Shown: piece by piece, positions 11,235 to 20,488 of the stretch
Numbering within the stretch: position 1 is the stretch's first letter
Layout: each line of letters opens with the position of its first letter
DNA from: Escherichia phage FL12
Reading direction: 5' to 3' (one strand)
Sequence record: PP400786
DNA length: 64,000 bases
Made by a program: the position numbers and the translations under genes
Notes under the pieces: model-generated
The model's database searches: none
Told to the model about the DNA's origin: nothing
What the model saw: the letters and a program-made list of their open reading frames with translations, nothing else

Positions 11235-11477
11235 TTGGAGAAAAAGATGTTACTAAAATTTAAACAATTTCTTTATGAAGCTTCTATTGATGAATTTATG
11301 GGTAAAATTGCCTCTTGTCAAACATTAGAAGGTTTAGAAGAACTTGAAGCTTATTATAAGAAAAGAGTCAAAGAAACTGAATTAAAAGATACTGATGACA
11401 TCTCTGTAAGAGATGCTTTGGCAGGAAAAAGAGCTGAATTAGAAGATTCAGACGATGAAGTAGAAGAAAGCTTTTAA
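11235..11477 (+). CDS. uvsW.1: UvsW.1 small acidic protein
   Basis: 80-aa ORF immediately after uvsW, preceded by GGGCTTCGGCCC hairpin. Confidence 0.75.
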   Translation: MEKKMLLKFKQFLYEASIDEFMGKIASCQTLEGLEELEAYYKKRVKETELKDTDDISVRDALAGKRAELEDSDDEVEESF

Positions 11478-11532
11478 ATTAAAAAAGGCCCAACCAAAAA
11501 GGAAGGGCCAAAACTATAGACTAAAGGTCACA

Positions 11533-11700
11533 CTATAGCAAAAGTTGTGTTTCATTTAATTGTTCTTCCGAACTTTCTGAAACTGGTAGTTCTTTAATGT
11601 AATTATAGCAAGGCCCAGGATGTACAGGACCTTTGTCTGTTTCAACAACCAATGCAGAATCGATTGGAGTTTTACAGACAACACAAATCTTATCTGACAT
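11533..11700 (-). CDS. small Cys-containing protein, 55 aa (position of T4 uvsY.-2); absent from supplied ORF track
   Basis: ATG at 11698-11700 (complement), MSDKICVVCKTPIDS...HPGPCYNY, stop at 11533-11535. Confidence 0.5.
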   Translation of the reverse strand: MSDKICVVCKTPIDSALVVETDKGPVHPGPCYNYIKELPVSESSEEQLNETQLLL

Positions 11701-11728
11701 GATTGTCTCCTCTGAATTATATATCTAT

Positions 11729-11953
11729 TTATACAACTCTCATATGCATATCAATGCCCATATCTTTAGAATAAAAATATTCATCAAGATATCCGGCAAA
11801 TTTTCCTTTAATATAAAGGACATCTTCACCACACGGGTGGTCGGCCAGGATACGAATATCCTGACGCTTAAGATTATGCTTTTTCATTAAGAATTGAATT
11901 TCCGTTTCAAATTCTTCTTCATAATTAAAAGCATCATCAATGCTATATCTCAT
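11729..11953 (-). CDS. hypothetical protein (position of T4 uvsY.-1)
   Basis: 74-aa ORF, start overlaps uvsY stop (ATGA-type coupling). Confidence 0.65.
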   Translation of the reverse strand: MRYSIDDAFNYEEEFETEIQFLMKKHNLKRQDIRILADHPCGEDVLYIKGKFAGYLDEYFYSKDMGIDMHMRVV

Positions 11954-12366
11954 TATTTTCCAACCTCAAATGCTCGCATGTCTTGAATATGCTTAATAGC
12001 AAATCCGCGTGATTTAATAGCATCAAGAGCTCCGCTACAGAAATCCAATAAAATTCCCCAATACTGTAACGAGGTATCAACTTTTAAAACATCCTTATCA
12101 GCTGATAGAACTGTCTTCATTTCTGATTTCTCATAACGGTCCATACTAAATTCATCACCATCTCCTCGTCCCGAGTAGTAGTCTAATCTAGCTTTAAGAG
12201 CAACTTTTTTCTGTGCGTCAATTCTAAGCATTTCCTTTTTAATACTTGAATGCTTATTAAGCCATTTACTATATAACATCACATTATTAGCTGCTTCATA
12301 CTGTAATTTAGTCGAATCTATAAACACATCTTTCTTCAATTCTTCTTGAAGATCTTCTAATCTCAT
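11953..12366 (-). CDS. uvsY: recombination mediator UvsY
   Basis: 137 aa, same length and position as T4 UvsY. Confidence 0.92.
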   Translation of the reverse strand: MRLEDLQEELKKDVFIDSTKLQYEAANNVMLYSKWLNKHSSIKKEMLRIDAQKKVALKARLDYYSGRGDGDEFSMDRYEKSEMKTVLSADKDVLKVDTSLQYWGILLDFCSGALDAIKSRGFAIKHIQDMRAFEVGK

Positions 12367-12432
12367 ATTGTTCTCTATTCAATTGTTATTGGATGGACTT
12401 AGATTCATTATACCACGTTTTAACGTGAAGCA

Positions 12433-12831
12433 TTATACCCTATTACTCGAAGCCAGTTGCAGTTTTATCTGCTCAATATCATCAGGGTTATCGATGACCG
12501 AAAAGCGTATTTCTACTATCAGAGTATAATCATCATAAACTGGTATCACATTAACTGATAATTTATCAATACGTGGCTCATAGTTTCTTACTGCGCTTTC
12601 AATATTGCGCTCAACTGTGTCAGCAGTAAGAGGAGTCATATTTTCAAAAAGCTGGTCTGATAAATCACATCCAAATTCAGGGTCAAACGGTCTTGAACCT
12701 TTTCTTGTTGTAATAATTCCCAAAAGACTGTTTTTAATTGACCTTAATCCAAGTGATCTGGAAACATCTTTGTTCCAATCCATTTTCATTTCCGGGTCAA
12801 TATCAGAATAAAGCTTATTAATATTTGCCAT
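12433..12831 (-). CDS. 25: baseplate wedge subunit gp25
   Basis: 132 aa, T4 gp25 length and position. Confidence 0.9.
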   Translation of the reverse strand: MANINKLYSDIDPEMKMDWNKDVSRSLGLRSIKNSLLGIITTRKGSRPFDPEFGCDLSDQLFENMTPLTADTVERNIESAVRNYEPRIDKLSVNVIPVYDDYTLIVEIRFSVIDNPDDIEQIKLQLASSNRV

Positions 12832-13457
12832 TATAGTAACTCAAAGAACTCTTTGAGGCCTCTTAATACGTGAGCATGGGTTTTTCCACACTCTGGACAC
12901 TTAATTGGAACAGCCAAATAAACGGTAGGTTTTAAAAGCATATCTTTTATAGCTACAATATCTGACTCTGTGATGATAGAATATAAATCTTCCAACTCTT
13001 TTTCATTTAAGTCTTCAATTGGAATGCTTTCACCGTTAGCATGAATCGTTTCTATACATGATACTATCATGTGGGCTATATTTTTATCATCAAAAATTTT
13101 AGGGTAATGGAACTTAATTTTAATGTCACCCAGTGTATACCAGAGGTCTTCTGATGCATCTATTTGTGTATGTAATAGATTTATATGGGTTGGTATTTCA
13201 GTTCCACAGGTGCACTTCCAGGAGTTTTCGTGATTAACTTCACCGAGAGAATGTGCCCATAAATGAATCAGCAGTAGTTCTGATTCTTGGCGGTTTAAAT
13301 CTTTTGCATTTGTGCAGTCTTTGATTAGCTTTTTAACAATTACTTCTACAGAACCATTATTTTTGGCAGTAATAAGTTCTAGATATTCTTTAAGCGTGAA
13401 TGCGCGACAATTGATTATTTTAGAACCAACTCTCACATCAAATTTGTATTCATACAT
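12831..13457 (-). CDS. 26: baseplate hub subunit gp26
   Basis: 208 aa, T4 gp26 length and position. Confidence 0.85.
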   Translation of the reverse strand: MYEYKFDVRVGSKIINCRAFTLKEYLELITAKNNGSVEVIVKKLIKDCTNAKDLNRQESELLLIHLWAHSLGEVNHENSWKCTCGTEIPTHINLLHTQIDASEDLWYTLGDIKIKFHYPKIFDDKNIAHMIVSCIETIHANGESIPIEDLNEKELEDLYSIITESDIVAIKDMLLKPTVYLAVPIKCPECGKTHAHVLRGLKEFFELL

Positions 13458-13478
13458 ATTTAGCTCCTTTATTTATCA

Positions 13479-13490
13479 TATTTATAAATA
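13479..13490. promoter_or_regulatory. overlapping divergent late promoters for genes 26/25 (minus) and 51 (plus)
   Basis: TATTTATAAATA: TATAAATA on plus strand (13483-13490) overlaps its reverse complement (13479-13486). Confidence 0.55.
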
Positions 13491-13507
13491 GAATAAAAGG
13501 AGCATCT

Positions 13508-14257
13508 ATGGCAAACATTATTCGTTGTAAATTACCAGATGGTGTTCATCGTTTTAAACCATTTACGGTAGAAGATTATCGAGATTTTTTGTTAGTTCGA
13601 AACGATATAGAACATCGGTCACCACAAGAACAAAAAGAAATAATTACTGATTTAATTGATGATTATTTTGGAGACTATCCAAAGACTTGGCAACCATTTA
13701 TATTTTTGCAGGTATTTGTAGGGTCTATAGGTAAAACAAAAGTACCAGTCACATTTGTATGTCCAAAATGTAAAAAAGAAAAGACAGTTCCATTTGAAAT
13801 ATATCAAAAAGAATTAAAGGAACCTATTTTTGATGTAGCTAATGTTAAAATTAAATTAAAGTTTCCTTCTGAGTTTTATGAAAATAAAGCAAAGATGATT
13901 ACTGAAAATATTCATTCTGTTCAAGTAGATGAAATTTGGTATGATTGGAAGGAAATTAGCGAGTCTAGTCAAATAGAACTCGTTGACGCCATCGAGATAG
14001 AAACATTAGAACAAATTCTCGATGCAATGAATCCTATTAATTTAACTCTACATATGTCATGCTGTAATAAGTACATTAAAAAATACACTGATATAGTAGA
14101 TGTGTTTAAGCTATTAGTTAACCCAGATGAGATATTTACTTTTTATCAAATTAATCACACACTTGTAAAAAGTAATTATAGCTTAAATTCAATAATGAAA
14201 ATGATTCCTGCTGAGCGCGGATTCGTATTAAAACTGATTGAGAAGGATAAACAATAA
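13508..14257 (+). CDS. 51: baseplate hub assembly catalyst gp51
   Basis: 249 aa, T4 gp51 length and position. Confidence 0.85.
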   Translation: MANIIRCKLPDGVHRFKPFTVEDYRDFLLVRNDIEHRSPQEQKEIITDLIDDYFGDYPKTWQPFIFLQVFVGSIGKTKVPVTFVCPKCKKEKTVPFEIYQKELKEPIFDVANVKIKLKFPSEFYENKAKMITENIHSVQVDEIWYDWKEISESSQIELVDAIEIETLEQILDAMNPINLTLHMSCCNKYIKKYTDIVDVFKLLVNPDEIFTFYQINHTLVKSNYSLNSIMKMIPAERGFVLKLIEKDKQ

Positions 14258-15432
14258 TGAGTATGTTGCAACGCCCCGGATATCCAAATCTCAGCGTTAA
14301 ATTATTTGATAGCTACGACGCTTGGAGTAATAATAGATTTGTTGAATTAGCTGCTACTATTACCACATTAACTATGCGGGATTCTCTTTATGGCCGAAAT
14401 GAAGGAATGCTGCAGTTTTATGATTCTAAAAATATCCATACAAAAATGGATGGAAATGAAATAATTCAGATTTCTGTAGCTAATGCAAATGATATTAATA
14501 ATGTTAAAACACGAATTTATGGATGTAAGCATTTTTCAGTGTCAGTAGATTCAAAGGGTGATAACATCATTGCTATTGAATTGGGAACTATTCATTCTAT
14601 AGAAAATCTTAAATTTGGCAGACCGTTTTTCTCTGATGCAGGTGAATCTATAAAAGAAATGCTTGGTGTCATTTATCAGGATCGCACGTTATTAATTCCA
14701 GCAATAAATGCTATAAATGCTTATGTTCCTGATATTCCATGGACTAGCACATTTGAAAACTATTTGTCGTATGTCAGGGAAGTTGCTCTAGCTGTAGGAA
14801 GTGACAAATTTGTATTTGTGTGGCAAGACATCATGGGAGTTAACATGATGGACTATGATATGATGATAAATCAAGAACCGTATCCAATGATTGTCGGTGA
14901 GCCATCTTTAATAGGTCAATTCATCCAAGAATTAAAATATCCATTAGCATATGATTTCGTTTGGTTGACTAAATCGAATCCTCATAAACGCGACCCAATG
15001 AAAAACGCTACTATCTATGCTCATTCATTTTTAGATTCTTCATTGCCAATGATTACTACAGGAAAGGGAGAAAACTCTATTGTAGTGTCAAGGTCAGGTG
15101 CTTATTCTGAAATGACTTATAGGAATGGATATGAAGAAGCTATTCGTCTTCAAACTATGGCACAATACGATGGCTATGCTAAATGTTCTACTGTCGGTAA
15201 TTTTAACTTGACTCCTGGCGTTAAAATTATTTTTAATGATAGTAAAAACCAATTTAAAACAGAATTTTACGTTGATGAAGTTATCCACGAATTATCCAAT
15301 AATAATTCAGTAACTCATCTATATATGTTCACTAATGCAACGAAACTGGAAACAATAGACCCAGTTAAGGTTAAAAATGAATTTAAATCTGATACTACCA
15401 CTGAAGAAAGTAGTTCTTCCAATAAGCAATAA
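14257..15432 (+). CDS. 27: baseplate hub subunit gp27
   Basis: 391 aa, T4 gp27 length and position. Confidence 0.92.
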   Translation: MSMLQRPGYPNLSVKLFDSYDAWSNNRFVELAATITTLTMRDSLYGRNEGMLQFYDSKNIHTKMDGNEIIQISVANANDINNVKTRIYGCKHFSVSVDSKGDNIIAIELGTIHSIENLKFGRPFFSDAGESIKEMLGVIYQDRTLLIPAINAINAYVPDIPWTSTFENYLSYVREVALAVGSDKFVFVWQDIMGVNMMDYDMMINQEPYPMIVGEPSLIGQFIQELKYPLAYDFVWLTKSNPHKRDPMKNATIYAHSFLDSSLPMITTGKGENSIVVSRSGAYSEMTYRNGYEEAIRLQTMAQYDGYAKCSTVGNFNLTPGVKIIFNDSKNQFKTEFYVDEVIHELSNNNSVTHLYMFTNATKLETIDPVKVKNEFKSDTTTEESSSSNKQ

Positions 15433-15910
15433 AGAAGTTTCTATTCCTAAAATGGGTCTTAAACATTATAACATTTTAAAAGATGTTAAAGGTCCTGATG
15501 AAAATTTAAAACTTCTTATTGATTCTATTTGTCCGAATTTATCACCAGCAGAAGTTGATTTCGTTTCCATTCATTTATTAGAATTTAATGGAAAGATTAA
15601 ATCTCGTAAAGAAATAGATGGTTATACTTATGACATTAATGATGTTTATGTATGCCAAAGATTGGAATTTCAATACCAAGGAAATACATTTTATTTTAGA
15701 CCGCCTGGAAAATTTGAACAATTTTTAACTGTGAGCGATATGTTATCCAAATGCTTGCTTAAGGTCAATGATGAAGTTAAAGAAATTAATTTTCTTGAGA
15801 TGCCAGCATTCGTTTTAAAATGGGCAAATGATATTTTTACAACTTTAGCAATTCCTGGCCCTAATGGTCCAATAACCGGAATTGGCAATATTATTGGATT
15901 ATTTGAATGA
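15377..15910 (+). CDS. 28: baseplate hub distal subunit gp28 (start may be a later in-frame ATG)
   Basis: 177-aa ORF overlapping the 3' end of gene 27 by 56 nt. Confidence 0.8.
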   Translation: MNLNLILPLKKVVLPISNKEVSIPKMGLKHYNILKDVKGPDENLKLLIDSICPNLSPAEVDFVSIHLLEFNGKIKSRKEIDGYTYDINDVYVCQRLEFQYQGNTFYFRPPGKFEQFLTVSDMLSKCLLKVNDEVKEINFLEMPAFVLKWANDIFTTLAIPGPNGPITGIGNIIGLFE

Positions 15911-17679
15911 AAAAGCCACAAGAAATGCAAACGATGCGTAGAAAAGTTATTTCAGATAATAAACCAACACAGGAAGCGGCTAAATCCGCTTCTAACACTT
16001 TATCTGGACTTAACGATATATCTACGAAATTGGATGATGCTCAAGCTGCTTCTGAATTAATTGCTCAAACTGTCGAAGAAAAATCGAATGAAATAATTGG
16101 AGCAATTGACAATGTAGAAAGCGCAGTGAGTGATACTACTGCTGGTTCTGAGTTAATTGCTGAAACTGTCGAAATTGGCAATAATATTAATAAAGAAATC
16201 GGTGAATCGCTCGGAAGTAAATTAGATAAATTAACGAGTTTACTCGAGCAAAAAATCCAGACAGCCGGAATTCAACAAACAGGAACTAGTTTAGCTACGG
16301 TTGAAAGCGCTATTCCTGTTAAAGTTGTTGAGGACGATACAGCTGAATCTGTGGGTCCTTTATTACCGGCTCCTGAAGCAGTTAATAATGATCCTGATGC
16401 TGATTTTTTCCCTACCCCTCAGCCAGTTGAACCTAAACAAGAATCGCCAGAAGAAAAACAGAAAAAAGACGCATTTAACTTAAAATTATCTCAAGCTTTA
16501 GATAAATTAACAAAGACTGTTGATTTTGGATTTAAGAAATCCATTTCAATTACTGATAAAATATCAAGCATGCTATTTAAGTATACCGTTAGTGCTGCTA
16601 TTGAAGCTGCTAAAATGACTGCAATGATATTGGCTGTTGTTGTTGGAATAGATCTGCTGATGGTTCATTTCAAATATTGGTCAGATAAATTTTCGCAGGC
16701 TTGGGATTTGTTTAGTACAGACTTTACTAAATTCTCTAGCGAAACCGGAACATGGGGTCCTTTATTACAGAGCATCTTTAGTTCTATTGATGAAATTAAA
16801 AAATTCTGGGAAGAGGGAGATTGGGGCGGTTTGACGGTAGCTATTGTAGAAGGGCTTGGAAAGGTTCTTTATAATTTAGGAGAACTTATTCAGCTTGGAA
16901 TGGCTAAATTATCTGCTGCAATTCTTCGAGTTATTCCTGGTATGAAAGATACTGCTGATGAAGTAGAAGGAAGAGCATTAGAAAATTTCCAAAATTCTAC
17001 TGGAGCATCTCTCAATAAAGAAGACCAGGAAAAAGTTGCAAATTATCAAGATAAACGAATGAATGGAGACCTTGGTCCGATAGCAAAAGGATTAGATAAA
17101 ATTGCTAATTGGAAAACTCGTGCATCTAATTGGATTCGTGGGGTTGATAATAAAGAAGCACTAACTACCGACGAAGAACGCGCAGCAGAAGAAGAAAAAT
17201 TAAAGCAACTTTCACCGGAAGAAAGAAAAAATGCTTTAATGAAGGCTAATGAAGCCCGTGCCGCAATGATTCGCTTTGAAAAATATGCTGATTCAGCTGA
17301 TATGAGTAAAGACTCAACGGTTAAATCAGTTGAATCTGCCTATGAAGACCTTAAAAAACGGATGGATGACCCGGATTTAAACAATTCACCGGCAGTTAAA
17401 AAAGAACTTGCTGCTAGATTTTCTAAAATTGATGCTACTTATCAAGAGCTCAAGAAAAATCAGCCTAATGCCAAACCTGAAACTTCTGCTAAATCGCCAG
17501 AAGCGAAACAGGTCCAGGTTATTGAAAAGAACAAAGCACAGCAAGCTCCTGTTCAGCAAGCATCTCCTTCAATCAATAATACTAATAATGTTATTAAGAA
17601 AAATACTGTCGTTCATAATATGACACCTGTCACAAGCACAACTGCTCCTGGTGTATTTGATGCGACTGGAGTTAATTAA
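15907..17679 (+). CDS. 29: baseplate hub subunit / tail length determinator gp29
   Basis: 590 aa, T4 gp29 length and position. Confidence 0.9.
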   Translation: MKKPQEMQTMRRKVISDNKPTQEAAKSASNTLSGLNDISTKLDDAQAASELIAQTVEEKSNEIIGAIDNVESAVSDTTAGSELIAETVEIGNNINKEIGESLGSKLDKLTSLLEQKIQTAGIQQTGTSLATVESAIPVKVVEDDTAESVGPLLPAPEAVNNDPDADFFPTPQPVEPKQESPEEKQKKDAFNLKLSQALDKLTKTVDFGFKKSISITDKISSMLFKYTVSAAIEAAKMTAMILAVVVGIDLLMVHFKYWSDKFSQAWDLFSTDFTKFSSETGTWGPLLQSIFSSIDEIKKFWEEGDWGGLTVAIVEGLGKVLYNLGELIQLGMAKLSAAILRVIPGMKDTADEVEGRALENFQNSTGASLNKEDQEKVANYQDKRMNGDLGPIAKGLDKIANWKTRASNWIRGVDNKEALTTDEERAAEEEKLKQLSPEERKNALMKANEARAAMIRFEKYADSADMSKDSTVKSVESAYEDLKKRMDDPDLNNSPAVKKELAARFSKIDATYQELKKNQPNAKPETSAKSPEAKQVQVIEKNKAQQAPVQQASPSINNTNNVIKKNTVVHNMTPVTSTTAPGVFDATGVN

Positions 17680-17687
17680 GGAATAAT

Positions 17688-18782
17688 ATGGCAATTGTTA
17701 AAGAAATAACTACTGATTTAATTAAAAAGTCCGGTGAGAAAATTTCAGCCGGACAGAGCACTAAATCAGAAGTAGCAACTAAAACATACACTGCCCAGTT
17801 TCCAACTGGACGTGCTAGTGGTAATGACACTACAGGGGACTTCCAGGTAACAGATCTATATAAGAATGGATTATTATTTACTGCATACAATATGTCATCT
17901 AGGGATTCTGGAAGTCTTAGATCGATGAGATCTAACTACTCTTCTTCATCTTCGAGTATTTTAAGTACAGCTAGAAACACTATTAGTAGTACAGTATCAA
18001 AACTATCAAATGGATTAATATCAAACAATAATTCAGGAACAATAAGTAAAGCTCCTGTCGCAAACATTCTTTTACCGAGATCTAAATCTGACGTTGATAC
18101 ATCATCACATAGATTTAATGATGTTCAAGAAAGTCTTATCAGCAGAGGCGGAGGTACTGCTACTGGTGTGTTAAGTAATATTGCTTCAACTGCAGTATTT
18201 GGGGCACTGGAAAGTATAACACAAGGTATAATGGCTGATAATAATGAACAGATTTATACGACAGCCAGAAGTATGTACGGTGGTGCTGAAAATAGAACTA
18301 AAGTGTTTACATGGGATTTGACTCCACGTTCAACAGAAGATTTAATGGCTATTATTAATATCTATCAATATTTTAACTATTTTTCTTATGGTGAAACAGG
18401 TAAATCTCAATATGCTGCTGAAATAAAGGGGTATTTAGATGATTGGTATCGTTCTACGTTAATTGAACCTTTATCTCCGGAAGACGCAGCTAAAAATAAA
18501 ACACTATTTGAGAAAATGACAGCAAGTTTAACGAACGTTCTTGTAGTTTCAAACCCGACAGTTTGGATGGTGAAAAACTTTGGTGCAACATCTAAGTTTG
18601 ATGGAAAAACGGAAATATTTGGTCCATGCCAAATACAGAGCATTAGATTTGATAAAACACCTAATGGTAACTTTAACGGATTAGCTATTGCTCCAAACCT
18701 CCCTAGTACATTTACTCTCGAGATTACTATGAGAGAAATTATCACGTTAAACCGTGCTTCTTTATATGCGGGGACTTTTTAA
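17688..18782 (+). CDS. 48: baseplate tail tube cap gp48
   Basis: 364 aa, T4 gp48 length and position. Confidence 0.9.
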   Translation: MAIVKEITTDLIKKSGEKISAGQSTKSEVATKTYTAQFPTGRASGNDTTGDFQVTDLYKNGLLFTAYNMSSRDSGSLRSMRSNYSSSSSSILSTARNTISSTVSKLSNGLISNNNSGTISKAPVANILLPRSKSDVDTSSHRFNDVQESLISRGGGTATGVLSNIASTAVFGALESITQGIMADNNEQIYTTARSMYGGAENRTKVFTWDLTPRSTEDLMAIINIYQYFNYFSYGETGKSQYAAEIKGYLDDWYRSTLIEPLSPEDAAKNKTLFEKMTASLTNVLVVSNPTVWMVKNFGATSKFDGKTEIFGPCQIQSIRFDKTPNGNFNGLAIAPNLPSTFTLEITMREIITLNRASLYAGTF

Positions 18783-19747
18783 TGTATTCTTTAGAGGAAT
18801 TTAATAATCAAGCAATAAACGCAGATTTCCAACGTAATAATATGTTTAGCTGCGTTTTTGCGACAACTCCATCAACTAAAAGCTCTTCGTTGATAAGTTC
18901 AATTAGCAACTTTTCTTATAATAACTTGGGCCTAAATTCAAATTGGTTAGGATTAACTCAAGGTGATATTAATCAGGGAATTACCACGCTAATTACAGCT
19001 GGCACACAAAAACTAATAAGAAAATCAGGAGTCAGTAAATATCTTATTGGTGCCATGAGTCAACGTACTGTCCAGAGTTTATTAGGCTCATTTACAGTTG
19101 GTACATATTTAATTGACTTCTTTAACATGGCATATAACTCATCTGGATTGATGATATATTCTGTAAAAATGCCAGAGAATAGATTATCTTATGAAACTGA
19201 CTGGAACTATAATTCCCCTAATATTCGTATAACTGGGAGAGAATTAGACCCTTTGGTTATTTCATTTAGAATGGATTCAGAAGCTTGTAACTATCGTGCA
19301 ATGCAAGACTGGGTTAACTCTGTTCAAGACCCAGTAACTGGACTACGTGCTTTGCCGCAAGATGTCGAGGCAGATATTCAGGTTAATCTTCATTCTCGTA
19401 ATGGATTGCCTCATACTGCGGTGATGTTCACCGGATGCATTCCAATATCAGTGAGCGCTCCTGAGCTATCATATGATGGAGATAACCAAATAACTACATT
19501 TGATGTTACTTTTGCGTATAGAGTGATGCAGGCTGGAGCAGTTGATAGGCAAGCTGCGCTTGAATGGCTTGAATCTGCTGCTATAAATGGTATTCAAAGC
19601 GTTCTCGGAAATAGTGGAGGTGTTACTGGACTATCTAATTCGCTTTCACGACTCAGTAGATTAGGGGGAACTGCAGGAAGCATTTCAAACATTAATACTA
19701 TGACAGGAATTGTCAATTCGCAAAGTAAAATATTAGGAGCAATATAA
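18782..19747 (+). CDS. 54: baseplate tail tube initiator gp54
   Basis: 321 aa, T4 gp54 length and position. Confidence 0.9.
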   Translation: MYSLEEFNNQAINADFQRNNMFSCVFATTPSTKSSSLISSISNFSYNNLGLNSNWLGLTQGDINQGITTLITAGTQKLIRKSGVSKYLIGAMSQRTVQSLLGSFTVGTYLIDFFNMAYNSSGLMIYSVKMPENRLSYETDWNYNSPNIRITGRELDPLVISFRMDSEACNYRAMQDWVNSVQDPVTGLRALPQDVEADIQVNLHSRNGLPHTAVMFTGCIPISVSAPELSYDGDNQITTFDVTFAYRVMQAGAVDRQAALEWLESAAINGIQSVLGNSGGVTGLSNSLSRLSRLGGTAGSISNINTMTGIVNSQSKILGAI

Positions 19748-19751
19748 CAAC

Positions 19752-19780
19752 GGGGACCTTTCGGTCCCCATATTTTTATT
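19752..19780. terminator. bidirectional terminator between gene 54 and the minus-strand alt region
   Basis: GGGGACCTTTCGGTCCCC hairpin followed by T-tract. Confidence 0.7.
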
Positions 19781-20066
19781 TACGGAATGAAATGAAAGCA
19801 GCAACTGAAGCAACTAAACCGTCTTCAATATAAACCTCAATTTTTACCGGAGCTTCTGACTCAAATTTACCTGTTACTACACCTTGGAAAATACTTTCAG
19901 TCTGTTCTGGCTTTGAAAAATTTTCAGAAGGAAAAATTCCGAACTTTTTATCTGTTCCAAAAATTTTGATAAATTCATCGTAAACTGCTTCATTAAAAGC
20001 ATTATCAGCAGGAATAACGCCTTCAACTACAAGTTCTTGACCTAAAAAGCGCAAAGAAGATTTCAT
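19776..20066 (-). CDS. hypothetical protein (position of T4 alt.-3)
   Basis: 96-aa ORF directly downstream of an early promoter with GAGGA Shine-Dalgarno. Confidence 0.65.
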   Translation of the reverse strand: MKSSLRFLGQELVVEGVIPADNAFNEAVYDEFIKIFGTDKKFGIFPSENFSKPEQTESIFQGVVTGKFESEAPVKIEVYIEDGLVASVAAFISFRK

Positions 20067-20097
20067 TTTGTGTTCCTCATGTTATGTCAGTAAGACT

Positions 20098-20127
20098 ACT
20101 ATAACACAACACGAGGGACTTGTAAAC
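20098..20127 (-). promoter_or_regulatory. sigma70-like early promoter (TTTACA-17-TATAGT); copy 1 of a 53-bp repeated cassette
   Basis: Minus strand TTTACA then 17-nt spacer then TATAGT; near-identical cassette recurs at 33344-33396. Confidence 0.6.
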
Positions 20128-20487
20128 TACATTTTGAACTTTTTAGTACGCGGAATAGGCATGCGTCAATTTTATACTGCTTCATTGTTTGAAGAGCAGT
20201 ATCAAAAACAGCGTTAATGACGCCAATTGGATTTCCACCCAAGTTTCTAAGTTTAACCAGTGATAATTTCTCGTTGACACCTATCATTACGATATGCATC
20301 ATTTTATCGCCCGGCTTAACGTTTTTATTCGTATCACCGCCAGAGGTGTATGTACAAAATCTAAATCCAGGAAGCACGCTTTCTTCGCCGGCTTGAATAG
20401 CAAAAATTTGTGGTATTTTATGCTTAGGATTTAAGTTAACAACCGGCGCCGAAGCGCCGTCAAATAATTATGTAATAAGTTCCATGA
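20099..20487 (-). pseudogene. 5' partial duplicate of alt (Alt residues ~1-130) with in-frame TAA at codon 6
   Basis: Minus strand reads ATG-GAA-CTT-ATT-ACA-TAA then continues in frame with PGFRFCTYTSGGDTN...DKMMHIV...QYKIDAC matching the Alt N-terminus. Confidence 0.65.
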
Positions 20488-20488
20488 T

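Noticed and set aside
11633-11890. Plus-strand 85-aa ORF between uvsW.1 and uvsY
   Set aside because: Overlaps two better-supported minus-strand ORFs (11533-11700 and 11729-11953) that fit the operon structure; the plus-strand frame lacks a start context.
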